Shown here: piece by piece, positions 25,632 to 38,072 of the stretch
Numbering within the stretch: position 1 is the stretch's first letter
How the letters are laid out: each line of letters opens with the position of its first letter
DNA from: Octopus sinensis
Lineage: Eukaryota
Length of the DNA stretch: 64,000 bases
Direction: 5' to 3'
NCBI RefSeq assembly: GCF_006345805.1
Contig: NC_043007.1
Location: 3,286,001-3,350,000 of the forward strand
Position numbers and translations under genes: made by a program
The notes under the pieces: model-generated
Told to the model about the DNA's origin: nothing
Database searches by the model: none
The model's input: the letters and a program-made list of their open reading frames with translations, nothing else

Positions 25632-26315
25632 ATGTTACATTACTCGGTAGTCAAGATAAAACTCTGAGTTTCAGATGCCGAAGTGGAAATCCACAACACC
25701 ATCTCTTCGGTTATCTGGCTATTTGAAAACGTTATGAAAAAATACCGTTAAAAATGAAGGGAAATTACTCTGTTATAACTCTGCTTTGCCTGCGTACTTA
25801 TACATCGCTCGCATTTTTCGTCATAAAAATTATATAAAAATACATAAAAATATATAAAAATATATAAAATCTTCTTGGGACATACACAGAAAGCATGGTC
25901 TATCCGTTTTCTTTAGGGGACCAAAAACGTAACAGAAATTTAGTCACATGTGGGCATGATCCGAAAAGCTCTGTCCTAAATGTGACTAAATGTGACTAAA
26001 TTTCTGTTACGTTTTTGGTCCCCTAAAGAAAACGGATAGAACATGCTTTCTGTGTTATGTCCCAAGAAGATTTTATATATTTTTATATATTTTTATGTAT
26101 TTTTATATAATTTTTATGACGAAAAATGCGAGCGATGTATAAGTACGCAGGCAAAGCAGAGTTATAACAGAGTAATTTCCCTTCATTTTTAACGGTATTT
26201 TTTCATAACGTTTTCAAATAGCCAGATACCGAAGAGATGGTGTTGTGGATTTCCACTTCGGCATCTAAAACTCAGAGTTTTATCTTGACTACCGAGTAAT
26301 GTAACATATTGTATA
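25624..26315. repeat. Near-perfect inverted repeat, 326-bp arms, 40-bp spacer, with hammerhead-like motifs at 25655-25715 (-) and 26225-26284 (+)
   Basis: Arms 25624-25949 and 25990-26315, about four differences seen by eye. Confidence 0.95.
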
Positions 26316-26383
26316 GATAAATTTCCTCTATTTACATAATATTGAGGTCTCTTTCTTTCTTTTGTTATCTTACCGTTTGATCA

Positions 26384-26416
<33 letters not shown>

Positions 26417-26438
26417 ATATATATATAGATATATATAT

Positions 26439-26596
26439 ATATTATTAGTGAATTGAAGAAATGGAGTTGAACGAAGATTGAACAGAAATCGTTTTATTGC
26501 ATTCTACACGTGTTTCGAAAGGCACGTGTAGAATGCAATAAAACGATTTCTGTTCAATCTTCGTTCAACTCCATTTCTTCAATTCACTAATAATAT
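26439..26596. repeat. Perfect 74-bp-arm hairpin with 10-nt centre
   Basis: Arms 26439-26512 and 26523-26596; centre tttcgaaagg. Confidence 0.95.
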
Positions 26597-27084
26597 TAAA
26601 ATTCAATTATCCGCACCAACGCACGGTTGCAACTCCATATGGTTGTACCTCCAACCGTGCTGTCTTCTGCTGTGATTTTTGCTACCAAGGTATCGGTTAA
26701 ACTTTTGATTAATCTGCAACAAGATTATTCATCTTTCTATTTCACAAAATATATATATATATATGTATACATACATATATATGAATATTGTAGGTATGTA
26801 TGCAAGTATATATGTGTATGCGTTTGTGCGTGTATGTGTGTATATGTGTGTGTGTGTGTGTGTATGTATGTATATATACATGCATATATACAAAGAGCGA
26901 GTTAGAGAGTGAGAGGGAGAGAGACAGCGAGAAAAAGACAGAGAAATAAAAAAAATAAAAAAAGCATAAATTCCATTAATAGCTCGTAATTCCACGATCT
27001 ACTGCGGAACAAATGGCATAAAATAGTATTCAAATGTATATCTGTTAAATGTCTTCTTTTTTCTGTTTTCCTCTGTTCACTCTC

Positions 27085-27560
27085 TTTGTTGTCATTCTCT
27101 CTCTCTCTCTCTTTCTGTTCTCTCTCTTTCTTTCTGTTTTCTCTCTCTCTTTCTGTTCTCTCTCTCTCTCTCTCTCTTTCTGTTCTCTCTCTCTTTCTGT
27201 TCTCTCTCTCTCTTTCTGTTCTCTCTCTCTCTCTTTCTGTTTTCTCTCTCTCTTTCTGTTCTCTCTCTCTCTCTTTCTGTTTTCTCTCTCTCTTTCTGTT
27301 CTCTCTCTCTCTTTCTGTTCTCTCTCTCTCTTTATGTTTTCTCTCTCTCTTTCTGTTCTCTCTCTCTCTCTTTCTGTTCTCTGTCTCTTTTTGTTCTCTC
27401 TCTCTCTTTCTGTTCTCTCTCTCTTTCTGTTTTCTCTCTCTCTTTCTGTTCTCTCTCTCTCTTTCTGTTCCCTCTCTCTCTCTTTCTGTTTTCTCTCTCT
27501 CTCTCTCTTTCTGTTCTCTCTCTCTCTCTTTCTGTTTTCTCTCCTTCTCTCACTCTCTCA
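27085..27560. repeat. Minisatellite of TTTCTGTT + (CT)n units, about 20 copies
   Basis: Direct reading. Confidence 0.95.
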
Positions 27561-27928
27561 TATTTTTTTCAACCATTAAAGTTTGAGCATCATTGCTTTT
27601 TCTCCCGAAGAATGAGTAACACATCACTTTTAAATTGTGACTTCATGAGGTAGTTATATAACAAAATACAGCTTATGTTCTTGAAACAGCTGTAGAGAAC
27701 AATTAAATTATTAACTTTACATGGATTTTTATGATTTTCTGCTATTTATTCTGCATTTGCTGGTCTCAGCGTTTGGTTTAGCTAATTCTGTATATTCATC
27801 AAGTTATTCCACCAGGGTCTAATGACGTGTTATAAATAGAACTTACATTTACCGTAGCTACATTTTTTACATCTATACATTAATCATACACACACACACA
27901 GGCATATATATATATATATATATATATA

Positions 27929-27988
<60 letters not shown>

Positions 27989-27991
27989 CAT

Positions 27992-28037
<46 letters not shown>

Positions 28038-28900
28038 TATATGTATGTATTTGCATATATGCACATTTTTAAATTAATTTTTTATACATGTTTTTTTCGT
28101 TTTTGTTTGTAGTTGTCTAGCTTAGTTTTACCTTTCTTTTTCATTCTTTCTTTCTTTAATTATTATTATTTTTTTTTTTTCTCTTTCTGCTTTTCTCTCT
28201 TCATTTTTCTCTGAATTTTTCTGCTGTTTCTCTCTCTCCTCCATCTCTCTCTTCTCTATTTTGTCTCTCCTTCCTCCGTCTTTCTTTTTGTTTCTTGTTC
28301 ATTAGATCCTATGTATTTCTCGCTGCCAATTCCTTTCTCTTTCTCTCTCAGTATATTTATAAAATGCCTTGCCATCTTCTCAACTTCCTAGACATTAGCG
28401 CTCCATAACTTAAATGCAATGAAATGTTCCCTGATGATCCAATTTCTCTTGGAACATCCAAGTCAGAATTTCAAACAACCACAATGGCGAAACGTACGTA
28501 GGTACAAGTAGCATAAATTTATACTTTATGTAAATTCTCCTATTTTTTCAACCATTAAAGTTTGAGCATCATTGCTTTTTCTCCCGAAGAATGAGTAACA
28601 CATCACTTTTAAATTGTGACTTCATGAGGTAGTTATATAACAAAATACAGCTTATGTTCTTGAAACAGCTGTAGAGAGGAGAGAACAATTAAATTATTAA
28701 CTTTACATGGATTTTATGATTTCTGCTATTTATTCTGCATTTGCTGGTCTCAGCGTTTGGTTTAGCTAATTCTGTATATCATAAAGTATTCCACCAGGGT
28801 CTAATGACGTGTTATATATAGAACTACATTACCGTGGCTACATTTTTAATCTATACATTAATAATACACACACACAGGCATATATATATATATATATATA
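27561..28900 (+). repeat. About 340-bp direct duplication (27561-27920 and 28541-28900)
   Basis: Both begin tattttttcaaccattaaagtttgagcatc and end cacacacaggca(TA)n; differences mostly 1-bp indels. Confidence 0.95.
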
Positions 28901-29329
28901 GATGTGTATATGTGTAAAGGGAGATAAAGAGAGAGGGGGAGAGTCTTCTGTAGGCTTGTTAGAGCATCGAGATTGATGTGAGGAAAGAATTTATACTTAC
29001 AACATTACACATGGCTAGTCTACTATATTTTTCTGTCTTTCATTTAGTGGACAAAGCTGACTGTGAGCTTCGTTTCCCAAACTTTTTGTCAACTAAGACA
29101 AAAAAAATTCTGTAAATAAAACAAATAACTAAACGGTATGCGAATCTGTTGATAAAAGAAATGAGCGTAAGGCATGAAAAATGGCAGAAATATTTTATTA
29201 TGAATCTCCTGAATAAATCTTGAGAAGAATTTGGTTGAGGTTGATATAATACAGAAGTGAAACTGGGAGGAAAACTTATGAGTAGAAAATAAGAATGGAA
29301 AAAATTGTAGGAGACGGAAAAATCCGAAA

Positions 29330-29479
29330 CACGTTCGTACATACATACATGCATACACACATACATACAAACAATAATACATACACGCACACATACATAC
29401 ACATACATACATACACACACATATACATACATACACACACACATACATACATATATAAATACATACATACATACATACA

Positions 29480-29513
<34 letters not shown>

Positions 29514-29847
29514 AATACATACATGCACACATACATAAATACATACATACATACATGCATACATGCATACATGCATCCATCCATACATACATACATGCAT
29601 ACATACATCCATGCATCCATCCATCCATACATACATACATGCATACATACATACATCCATACATACATACATGCATACATACATACATACATGCATACAT
29701 ACATACATACATGCATGCATGCATGTATGCATGCATACATACATACATACATACATCCATCATTCCATACTTACATACATAAATACATACAGACATACAT
29801 ACATACATACATACGTACATACATACATACATACATACATACATGCA

Positions 29848-29881
<34 letters not shown>

Positions 29882-29970
29882 CATACATACATACATACAT
29901 ACATACATACATACATACATACATACATACATACATACATACATACATACATACATACATGCATACATAT
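29330..29970. repeat. About 640-bp (CATA)n-based satellite
   Basis: Direct reading; source of ORFs 29040-29756, 29089-29985 and others. Confidence 0.98.
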
Positions 29971-30706
29971 GAGGGTGAGGAACAAAACGCATAGAGTTAG
30001 TTACTGATACCGAAGTGGATTTGAAGAATGTGCTGAAAAGAACAATGCATAAATTATTTTTCAGCTTCGCTTATTACGTTAAAGGAAATATTCTTTCTGA
30101 CGCAATACACAAGAGAATTGATACAATATACAACCTGCGAAACTATTTTACAAACTTTGTTTCCATTCACAATTGTCTTCGCTTATTCTTATAGTCAAAT
30201 GAATTTTTTATTCGAGATATCTGTCTCTCCAGTGTTTACGTTTCCTTTAGGGACACACGTGATAACCAATTGCCTTTCTTCACCCATGCTGAAAATTTTC
30301 AAGATATATTTCGTTTTTCTATCCATCAATTCCCCCTCCTATTTTGCTAATATGCATATGCGTCTCTGCTCACATATACACAAACACAAAATATACACCG
30401 AATATGTCCACATGTCTGTGCGCAAATGCGTTTATACATATTTAGATACAATGACATATATGCTTGCGTGTATGTGTGTGTACATATATATATATATATA
30501 CAAATGTATATAGATATATACATACATATATATATATATAGATATATACATAAATATATATAGATATATACATACATATATATATATACATAAATATGTA
30601 CATACACCCACACATATGTGGGCCTCACGGAACCAAAGTAGCTGAGTTCGTTACGAGTGTTGGGTCTCACAGAGGCAATGTAGTGGTGGTGGTGGTGGTG
30701 GTGGTG

Positions 30707-30752
<46 letters not shown>

Positions 30753-31174
30753 AAGCAGCAGCAGCATATCATTTCTATGTTAAAGCACTAACATGGTTTG
30801 ATGGCGCTAATATATAACCGTTCCAGCAATGAACATTACAGCTTTTGTATATCAAAGACTCTACTGTGTCAGACAAATCTCCCCTATTCATCGTGGAAGA
30901 GTTTGATTTGCAGGACGTTTGGCTGTTATATCAAGCAAGTCAGGCGACCACGTAAAGATTCACTCGTTGTTTTTCGTTTTATTTTAACTTTTTGTTATTT
31001 TATCTTAATTCCATGATCTTTCTTTTGTGTTCACTCACGGTTTCTTTTCTGACAGATGGTTTCGATTTTCAAAAAAAATCTTTTTCCCTTACTGATGGTT
31101 GTAGTGTTCTCTCTGAATATATCCTATTCTTCAGCGTTTCGGATTTGTACTTTCGAAAATACAAAAATGAGCTA

Positions 31175-31303
31175 CATTATTTACATTTGATGGATATTTG
31201 TCCGCATCTTGTTTGCTATTTCATCTGATATACCCTCCTGCCTTCAGCAGGTGTCTTGCGGAAATTTCGAACCTGTGTTCTCATTCCTAAGGTATTTTTC
31301 GAC

Positions 31304-31355
<52 letters not shown>

Positions 31356-31474
31356 TCACTCCCTGGAATTGAACTCGGAATCTTGGTGTTAAGAGCATAT
31401 GTCCCATGGGCATATGGCGTAGTGGTTAAGAGCGTGGGCTGCTAATCCCAAGATTCCGAATAATAATAATAATG

Positions 31475-31561
<87 letters not shown>

Positions 31562-31822
31562 GAAGAAGAAGAAGAAGAAGAAGAAGAAGAAGAAGAAGAA
31601 GAAGAAGAAGAAGAAGAAGAAGAAGAAGAATGATAACATCGAAAAATACGTTAGGAATGAGAACCCAGGTTCGAAATTTCCCCAAGACACCTGATGAAGG
31701 CTGGAGGGTATATCAGCCGAAAACATTGTGTTAACAAAAAATAAGATGAGGACAAATATCTGTCAAATGTAAATAATGTTAATAATGTACATAATTCTTC
31801 ATTTGTTAAATACAGAACTGTA
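31175..31822 (+). mobile_element. Family E element 3: long inverted tail/linker/partial head (31175-31386), head (31408), expanded (AAT)(GAT)(GAA) linker, mutated hammerhead 31686-31732
   Basis: Homology to E1 and E2; possible TSD aaatgagcta/aaatgaacta at 31165-31174 and 31824-31833. Confidence 0.92.
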
Positions 31823-32611
31823 GAAATGAACTAATAAAATATTAAAAGTGTAATGCTGCAAAGAGTTAATAAAATATTTATGCATTAAAACTAAAGAAAC
31901 TGAATTAGGAATTGCTTCGTCAAAAGCTAATAGAAGTTCAAAGACTCGCTTGCGTGAAGCAGAAACTAAACATATTGAAATCAGAGTCGGTGTTAAATTA
32001 AATTATATTTGAATTAGAGGAAAAAAAAATCATAGACAAAAACTTCAGTTAAATGTTAAAAAGATTTACACCTGTCAGAATTTAACCAGTTAAAATAAAT
32101 CACTTTCACTGCATTGCGAAACCTAACACACAGAGAACAAAAACGAAGTTAACGTCAACTAAAATATACATATTAAGCTGTTTTTTAAGATCTTTTACTT
32201 GGATACGTAACTTCTGAATATAGGAACGTACTACACAGTCTAGTGAGAAATAATTTCATTCAAAAATTTGTCCTCACCTGCATCATAAGCAAAAGAATAT
32301 TACAAAATATTTATTGGAATAAACGAAGTATAATGTAATATTTTAAGATGCAAAATAACGATAATTTATGAATAAACATATACAAAAAAGATTCACTGAT
32401 TATTTCAGGTGACGCCTCCTCGACTCGTCTAGCTTATCGTGTTCTGTTTTCTATAAATCTGTTTAAATCTCGTAAAACATGGCCTTAGTTTTACATTAAT
32501 TCAATTATATGGTTTCTATGTTACTTTCGTACGTGAATTTGTGTGTGTGTGTGTGTCTATATGTTATACATACATACACACATACACACATATTATATAT
32601 ATGTGTGTGTG

Positions 32612-32644
<33 letters not shown>

Positions 32645-32648
<4 letters not shown>

Positions 32649-32860
32649 ACCGCGTGTGTATCGTTGACTATTTTTTCTTCCGTCTTTCTTTCCTTGGATC
32701 TTTCCTTTTCCTATGTTTCCGACGAAGAGCTCCGCTCGAAACGTTAAATCCTCCTTCTTTCTTCTCTTTCCTGAGCGTCCAATAACACTATACTTGTTCC
32801 ACGTCCTCGCGTTGTTTTGTTTTCTCTTTGTGTTTTCATGTATATATATATATGTATATA
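32645..32860 (+). mobile_element. Family F-related PLE-type repeat with hammerhead variant at 32715-32749
   Basis: gttt CCGACGA A GAGC tcc GCTC GAAAC GTT aaat. Confidence 0.8.
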
Positions 32861-33525
32861 TATATACAGAGAGGGAGAGAGAGTGTGTGTGCTGTTCCGT
32901 GTTGGTAAATTCAACAAAATAATACTCCATCTGGTGAGAGATACATATTATTTAATAAACACAGTACATGTTTTTGTGAGCCGCTAATAGTTTCATTCGA
33001 TGAAAGCAATTCTTCAGACACCATTTTGTAATAGGTCTTCTGCCTCAACGCAATCCTGAAAGCCTGGGGATTATCAGAGGTCATCAGACGTGTTATGAAA
33101 TGGTGTCTGAATCGTTTCCATCGTATGGAACTATTAGTAGCTCGTAAGAATGTATACTGTATTTATTAAATAATGCACGCACGCACACACACACACGCAC
33201 AATCAATTTCGTAGTTCAACAAACACTTTCGTAGTTCAAGTCTGTTAACTAGTAGGACCTCAATTTGTTCAATGCTTTATTTTCTTAGAATAAAATACGT
33301 TTCAATTGGGACCCACCAGCAGTAGATTATCCAATGGCCGACTGCAGCCTCCTACAGGAGTCTTTCTGTACCAATCAGAATCCGAAAACTCACATTTCTC
33401 AACACCAAGAGACACACTGTTACTGCACATTCGAAACGACATCGATAAAGCAAGCCATGCTTTCATCCTCTTCAGGGCATGGAGAGTATATCGCTTTCTT
33501 AACTGTTGCTAAAGATTCTACTCTT

Positions 33526-33759
33526 TCACCAAAGTAACCTTCCAAAATCGCTCCAATCCTGCCACTCTTCAAAGAATATGACGACAATGTGTAACATTCT
33601 CCATAGATATAACCATCGAAATTGCCATTTAGTTTTGTTTCCAACTTCACCAAAGTAACCTTCCAAGATAGCTCCAATCATGCCACTCTCCAAAGAAAAT
33701 GACGACATTATGTAACATTCACCATGGAAATTGCCATTTAGTTTTGTTTCCAACTTCAC
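33526..33759. repeat. Diverged tandem duplication, period about 121 bp
   Basis: tcaccaaagtaaccttccaa...gaaattgccatttagttttgtttccaact occurs at 33526 and 33647. Confidence 0.95.
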
Positions 33760-34402
33760 GCAATACTAATCCCGGCATCTTGAAGTTCTTTTCGTTATTT
33801 CACGTTTCATTTCCCGTCTCGTTACGCGATCCTTCAATCGTGAATACTTTTTTGTTGATCCAACCTCAACAAAATGACCGCTTCCGTTAATGTTTCTTCT
33901 ATTACATTCAATCGACGTACCCTAAGACGAGGTTTCACCACCACCAAAGCCATCAATACCTTTGACAACAAAGACCTTTCCCAATCTTACTGAACCCGCT
34001 ACGTTGATTGTTATTGCAAAGTCGTACGCCTACCTGAACATGCCGCTCTACCGCTACCTATACAAACATCTCAAACATAATGAAAACTGCTATAATTATC
34101 TGATTTCATTTCTTCTCAATTACGAATATTGATATTCCTAATTAAGGAATACATATGTTTAACACTCACACACTCTGGAATATTTTGCATTTATTTCTTC
34201 ATCTGAATATTAGATTACATTGTTTCTCTCTCGTTTATATTGTTGAGCACTCTGTATCTATTACATTAAGCTATTTCAAAAGATACTGTAGAAAATACAG
34301 GTACACACATACACATATACATGTAGCCATACAGACTTGTGTGTCTTTATTAATCTCTTTACTTACATACATATATATATGTGTATATATATATATATAT
34401 GC

Positions 34403-34478
<76 letters not shown>

Positions 34479-34522
34479 TATAAACACAAACATACACTAT
34501 CTCTCTCTCTATATATATATAT

Positions 34523-34565
<43 letters not shown>

Positions 34566-35624
34566 GACAGACAGACTGGCAGACAGACAGAGATGTGGAT
34601 ATACTTAAATATAGAGTGAGAGGTGAGACACAGAGTCAAACAAGCAGACAGAATAAACTAAACTGTCAGCAACTGATTCATGTCCAATTATTGAATACTG
34701 GCAAAACACAAAAATATATTACGGTTTTCTTTTAACGTATTTAGCTGCGGTTTTCGTATGAATCATAGCCAAATGCATTAAGCTCTCGTATATCAACCAT
34801 TATCTTAATAGACTTCTACATTGTGATATCGGAGTGAATTTCATTAACCAAAACTTCCAACAGACTTCATTGTTTCTTGTTTTTTATTACTAATAACTTT
34901 TTAGATCTCTTCTTAATTGCCTCATAGGTGTTAATGATAGCGTCCTGAACGTTTCTCTCAGAAGAGTTACACACCTAGAAATGCGTAATCTCTGTATGTC
35001 AGAAAAAAATTCTTTATCGCTCCTCATATCATCAACTAAACAAATATAACAAAACTGTGACCTTTAAAATCGCTGAAATGCTACACCTTAATGGCACACA
35101 AGATTCCACCAAGCGAAAACTCATCCTCAACATTCCAAAGACTGCATCTCAACCATTGACCTGCGTGTTCATAAATAGAACTTCAATTACCACCCGATAA
35201 TGGTTTCAAATTGTGGCACAGAACCAGCAGTTTTGATGGGAAGAGAAGTCGATACCGCGATTCTAACACTTGAATGGTACACATTTTATCGAACCCGAAA
35301 GGGTGAAACGCGAGTTCGATATATAAATCCTTACTACTATCCAATAATAATTACAAAACACCTACAATGAAATATTGGTCCAATATCTGCGACGAACGTA
35401 CACCAACAACAGACAAGCGTTCTTGACTGCATTCAAAAGAACACTGTTCATTGGTTGGCATAAAATTACTCACAAACACACCAAATCCGAGCTAACAGAC
35501 AAAGTGCTGCCTCCAATCTCTCTCTCTATCTCTCTCTCTTCCTCCTCCTCTGCATTTTCTCCTGCTGCTAAAGTAATAAACTCGACCAGTTTCTCGGAGC
35601 CTTTTTGCGATTGTCCCACATTCT

Positions 35625-35853
35625 TATTTCTTTATTGCCCATAAGGGGCTACACATAAAGGGGACAAACAAGGACAGACATGGATTATGTCGATTACATC
35701 TACCCCAGTGCGTAACTGGCACTTATTTAATCGACCCTGAAAGGATGAAAGGCAAAGTCGACCTCGGCGGAATTTGAACTCAGAACGTAACGGCAGACGA
35801 AATACCGCTAAGTATTTCGCCCGGCGCCCTAACGTTTCTGCCAGCTCACCGCC
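35625..35853 (-). mobile_element. Full-length family A tRNA-derived SINE monomer
   Basis: A-box tggcagaaacgttag, B-box gagttcaaattcc, central tttcatcctttcagggtcgattaaataagt, tail aataaagaaata. Confidence 0.95.
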
Positions 35854-36014
35854 TTTGACCCACATTATGTACCTACCAATAAAACTAAGGATAAAGCACT
35901 TCAGCCCCTGCCTTTTTTTCCTTGAACTTCAACACCTAAAAACATCTTAACCACGCATGCTTTTTTTCTGGGATTCTTTCTTTCTTTCTCTTTTTCGCAG
36001 TATTCGTTCCAGCC

Positions 36015-36255
36015 CGGAAGGTGCGTGGCCGAGTGCACTCAGGCTGGCAAGATCGTCGTGTCGGTTTCGGGACCGGGCGGTGTGGCGTTGTTTTATTGCG
36101 AAAACTCGAACTCTTCACATCACATTGCTGCAATCAGCTCAACTGTGAATGTGTAACTGTGTGAGGGACTGGCGCCCGTCCAGGAGGAATTGTAATAATC
36201 TCACTCATAACTCATGGAAACCAGGTAACCAGCCCCATGGGTCCTGAGACACCAG
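36015..36255 (+). mobile_element. Diverged tRNA-derived SINE related to D tail type 2
   Basis: gggactggcgcccgtccagg and catggaaaccaggtaaccagccccatggg resemble the tail of 20489-20805. Confidence 0.6.
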
Positions 36256-36257
36256 AA

Positions 36258-36670
36258 GGCATCGAGCTGGCAGAAACGTTAGCACGCTGGGCGAAATGCT
36301 TAGCAGTATTTCGTCTGCCGCTACGTTCTGAGTTCAAATTCCGCCGAGGTCGACTTTGTCTTTCATCCTTTCAGGGTCGATAAATAAAATGCCAGTTACG
36401 CACTGGGGTCGATGTAATCGCCTTAATCCCTTTGTCTGTCTTTGTTTGTCCCCTCTATGTTTAGCCCCCTATTGGGTAGTAAAGAAATAAGTATTTCGTC
36501 TTCCGCTACGTTCTGTGTTCAAATTCCACCGAGGTCGACTTTGCCTTTCATTCTTTCGGGGTCGATAAATAAAGTACCAGTTACGCACTGGAGTCGATGT
36601 CATCGCCTTAATCCGTTTGTCTGTCCTTGTTTGTCACCTCTATGTTTAGCCCCTTGTGGGCAATAAAGAA
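36258..36670 (+). mobile_element. Family A SINE dimer (head plus two bodies, period about 185 bp)
   Basis: gtatttcgtc starts bodies at 36306 and 36491. Confidence 0.95.
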
Positions 36671-36783
36671 AAAAGATAGCCATGCCCAGCAGTTATTACT
36701 TCCACATTCAACAATTAGATATTCTCAGTGTTCTGGAAGGTTTATAAAGGCCATGGACACTGCACCGTCATCAATACCAAAAA

Positions 36784-37180
36784 TCTTTATATATAAAAGT
36801 GAGGTTGTGTGCTGTCTGTTTCCTACGATTTAGATTCCTAACTACTCCCACATTTTGCGGTGCAGTTTAACCAAAACCGGGTATCTTATAGTCGTGATTC
36901 ATATCGAACCCTTCTGCGTATTAGCGCGCGTCTACGATGAGTCTACGATTTAAAAAAAAATTTACCATCAATTTTTCCCATTTTTAATGCATTTTTGGCA
37001 TATATAAGGGAAGTATCTCTCTAAAAATTCATTATTAAATCTCAGAACGTAAAAAGCTACAGTAACACCCCCCGCTTTGTGGTTAGCCAGATTGAGATGG
37101 CTATTATACTTTACATCTCTAAAAATGCTTATATAGTTATTTCCCTTACAAACCCGAGCAACGCCGGGCGATACTGCTAG
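36784..37180 (+). mobile_element. Complete non-autonomous Helitron-like element (397 bp)
   Basis: 5' A|TC, subterminal hairpin cccg-agcaacgc-cggg, 3' CTAG|T, no TSD. Confidence 0.88.
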
Positions 37181-37677
37181 TCTTATATAACCATAAAATG
37201 TTAAAAAATACAGAGAGACTACTGTAGCTGATTGCGTGTAACCTCATTACTGGTTGTTCTATATCACAACATTTTTAACTCTATTAGACTTGTCAACGTC
37301 ATTGCTTTTACGTAGCGAACGGTTTCATCTTGGTTTTGTCTTGTTTTCTTTTTATATTATTTTGTACGCTCCGTCCTTGTTGTGATGTTATCGAGAGTCG
37401 GATTGTTTTTGAGAATTTGACTGTAATAGATCACAAACACATAGATACACACACACGCGCGCGCGCATACATACGCAGGCACACATACACACGCACACAT
37501 TCACACATACGTATACATAAACACGCAGACGTATACACACACATACAGACACAAATATATACACGTATACGTAAATATACAAATATGCATACGTATATAG
37601 GTACGTGTATACAGAGGTATGTATGCACATAGATTATATTATACTACATATGTATACACCCACACACACACAAATAT

Positions 37678-37720
37678 GATACTTAGGTAATATATATATA
37701 TATAATATATATACTTAGGT

Positions 37721-37766
<46 letters not shown>

Positions 37767-37880
37767 CTATATATACTTAGGTATATATATATATATATAT
37801 ACTTAGGTGTAATATATATATATATATATCTATATATATATATATACTTAGGTATATATATATATATATATACTTAGGTG

Positions 37881-37912
<32 letters not shown>

Positions 37913-38029
37913 AGTACTTAGGTAATATATATATATATATATCTATATATATATATTAGGTATATATATATATATTATATATATATATACTTAGGTATAT
38001 ATATATATTATATATTATATATACTTAGG

Positions 38030-38030
<1 letters not shown>
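37678..38030. repeat. Compound satellite: TACTTAGGT repeated about ten times between variable (AT)n tracts
   Basis: Direct reading. Confidence 0.92.

Positions 38031-38072
<42 letters not shown>

Noticed and set aside
27332-27553. Arg/Glu/Lys-rich ORF resembling a coiled-coil protein
   Set aside because: Reverse strand of the CT minisatellite
29040-29994. Longest ORFs in the track (up to 298 aa; also 7099-7695, 12192-12779, 57111-57533)
   Set aside because: Translations of (CATA)n, (AC)n, (GATA)n and (AT)n tracts that simply lack stop codons
33420-33759. Two similar ORFs suggesting a repeat protein
   Set aside because: Explained by the 121-bp DNA duplication; frames differ between units
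35957-36148. Splice acceptor (polypyrimidine + cag at about 35999) and exon
   Set aside because: Downstream sequence is a diverged SINE; no coding similarity or partner exons
37678-38030. CRISPR-like repeat/spacer array or TTAGG telomeric repeat
   Set aside because: Spacers are pure (AT)n, the repeat is 9 bp, there are no cas genes, and TTAGG is not tandem
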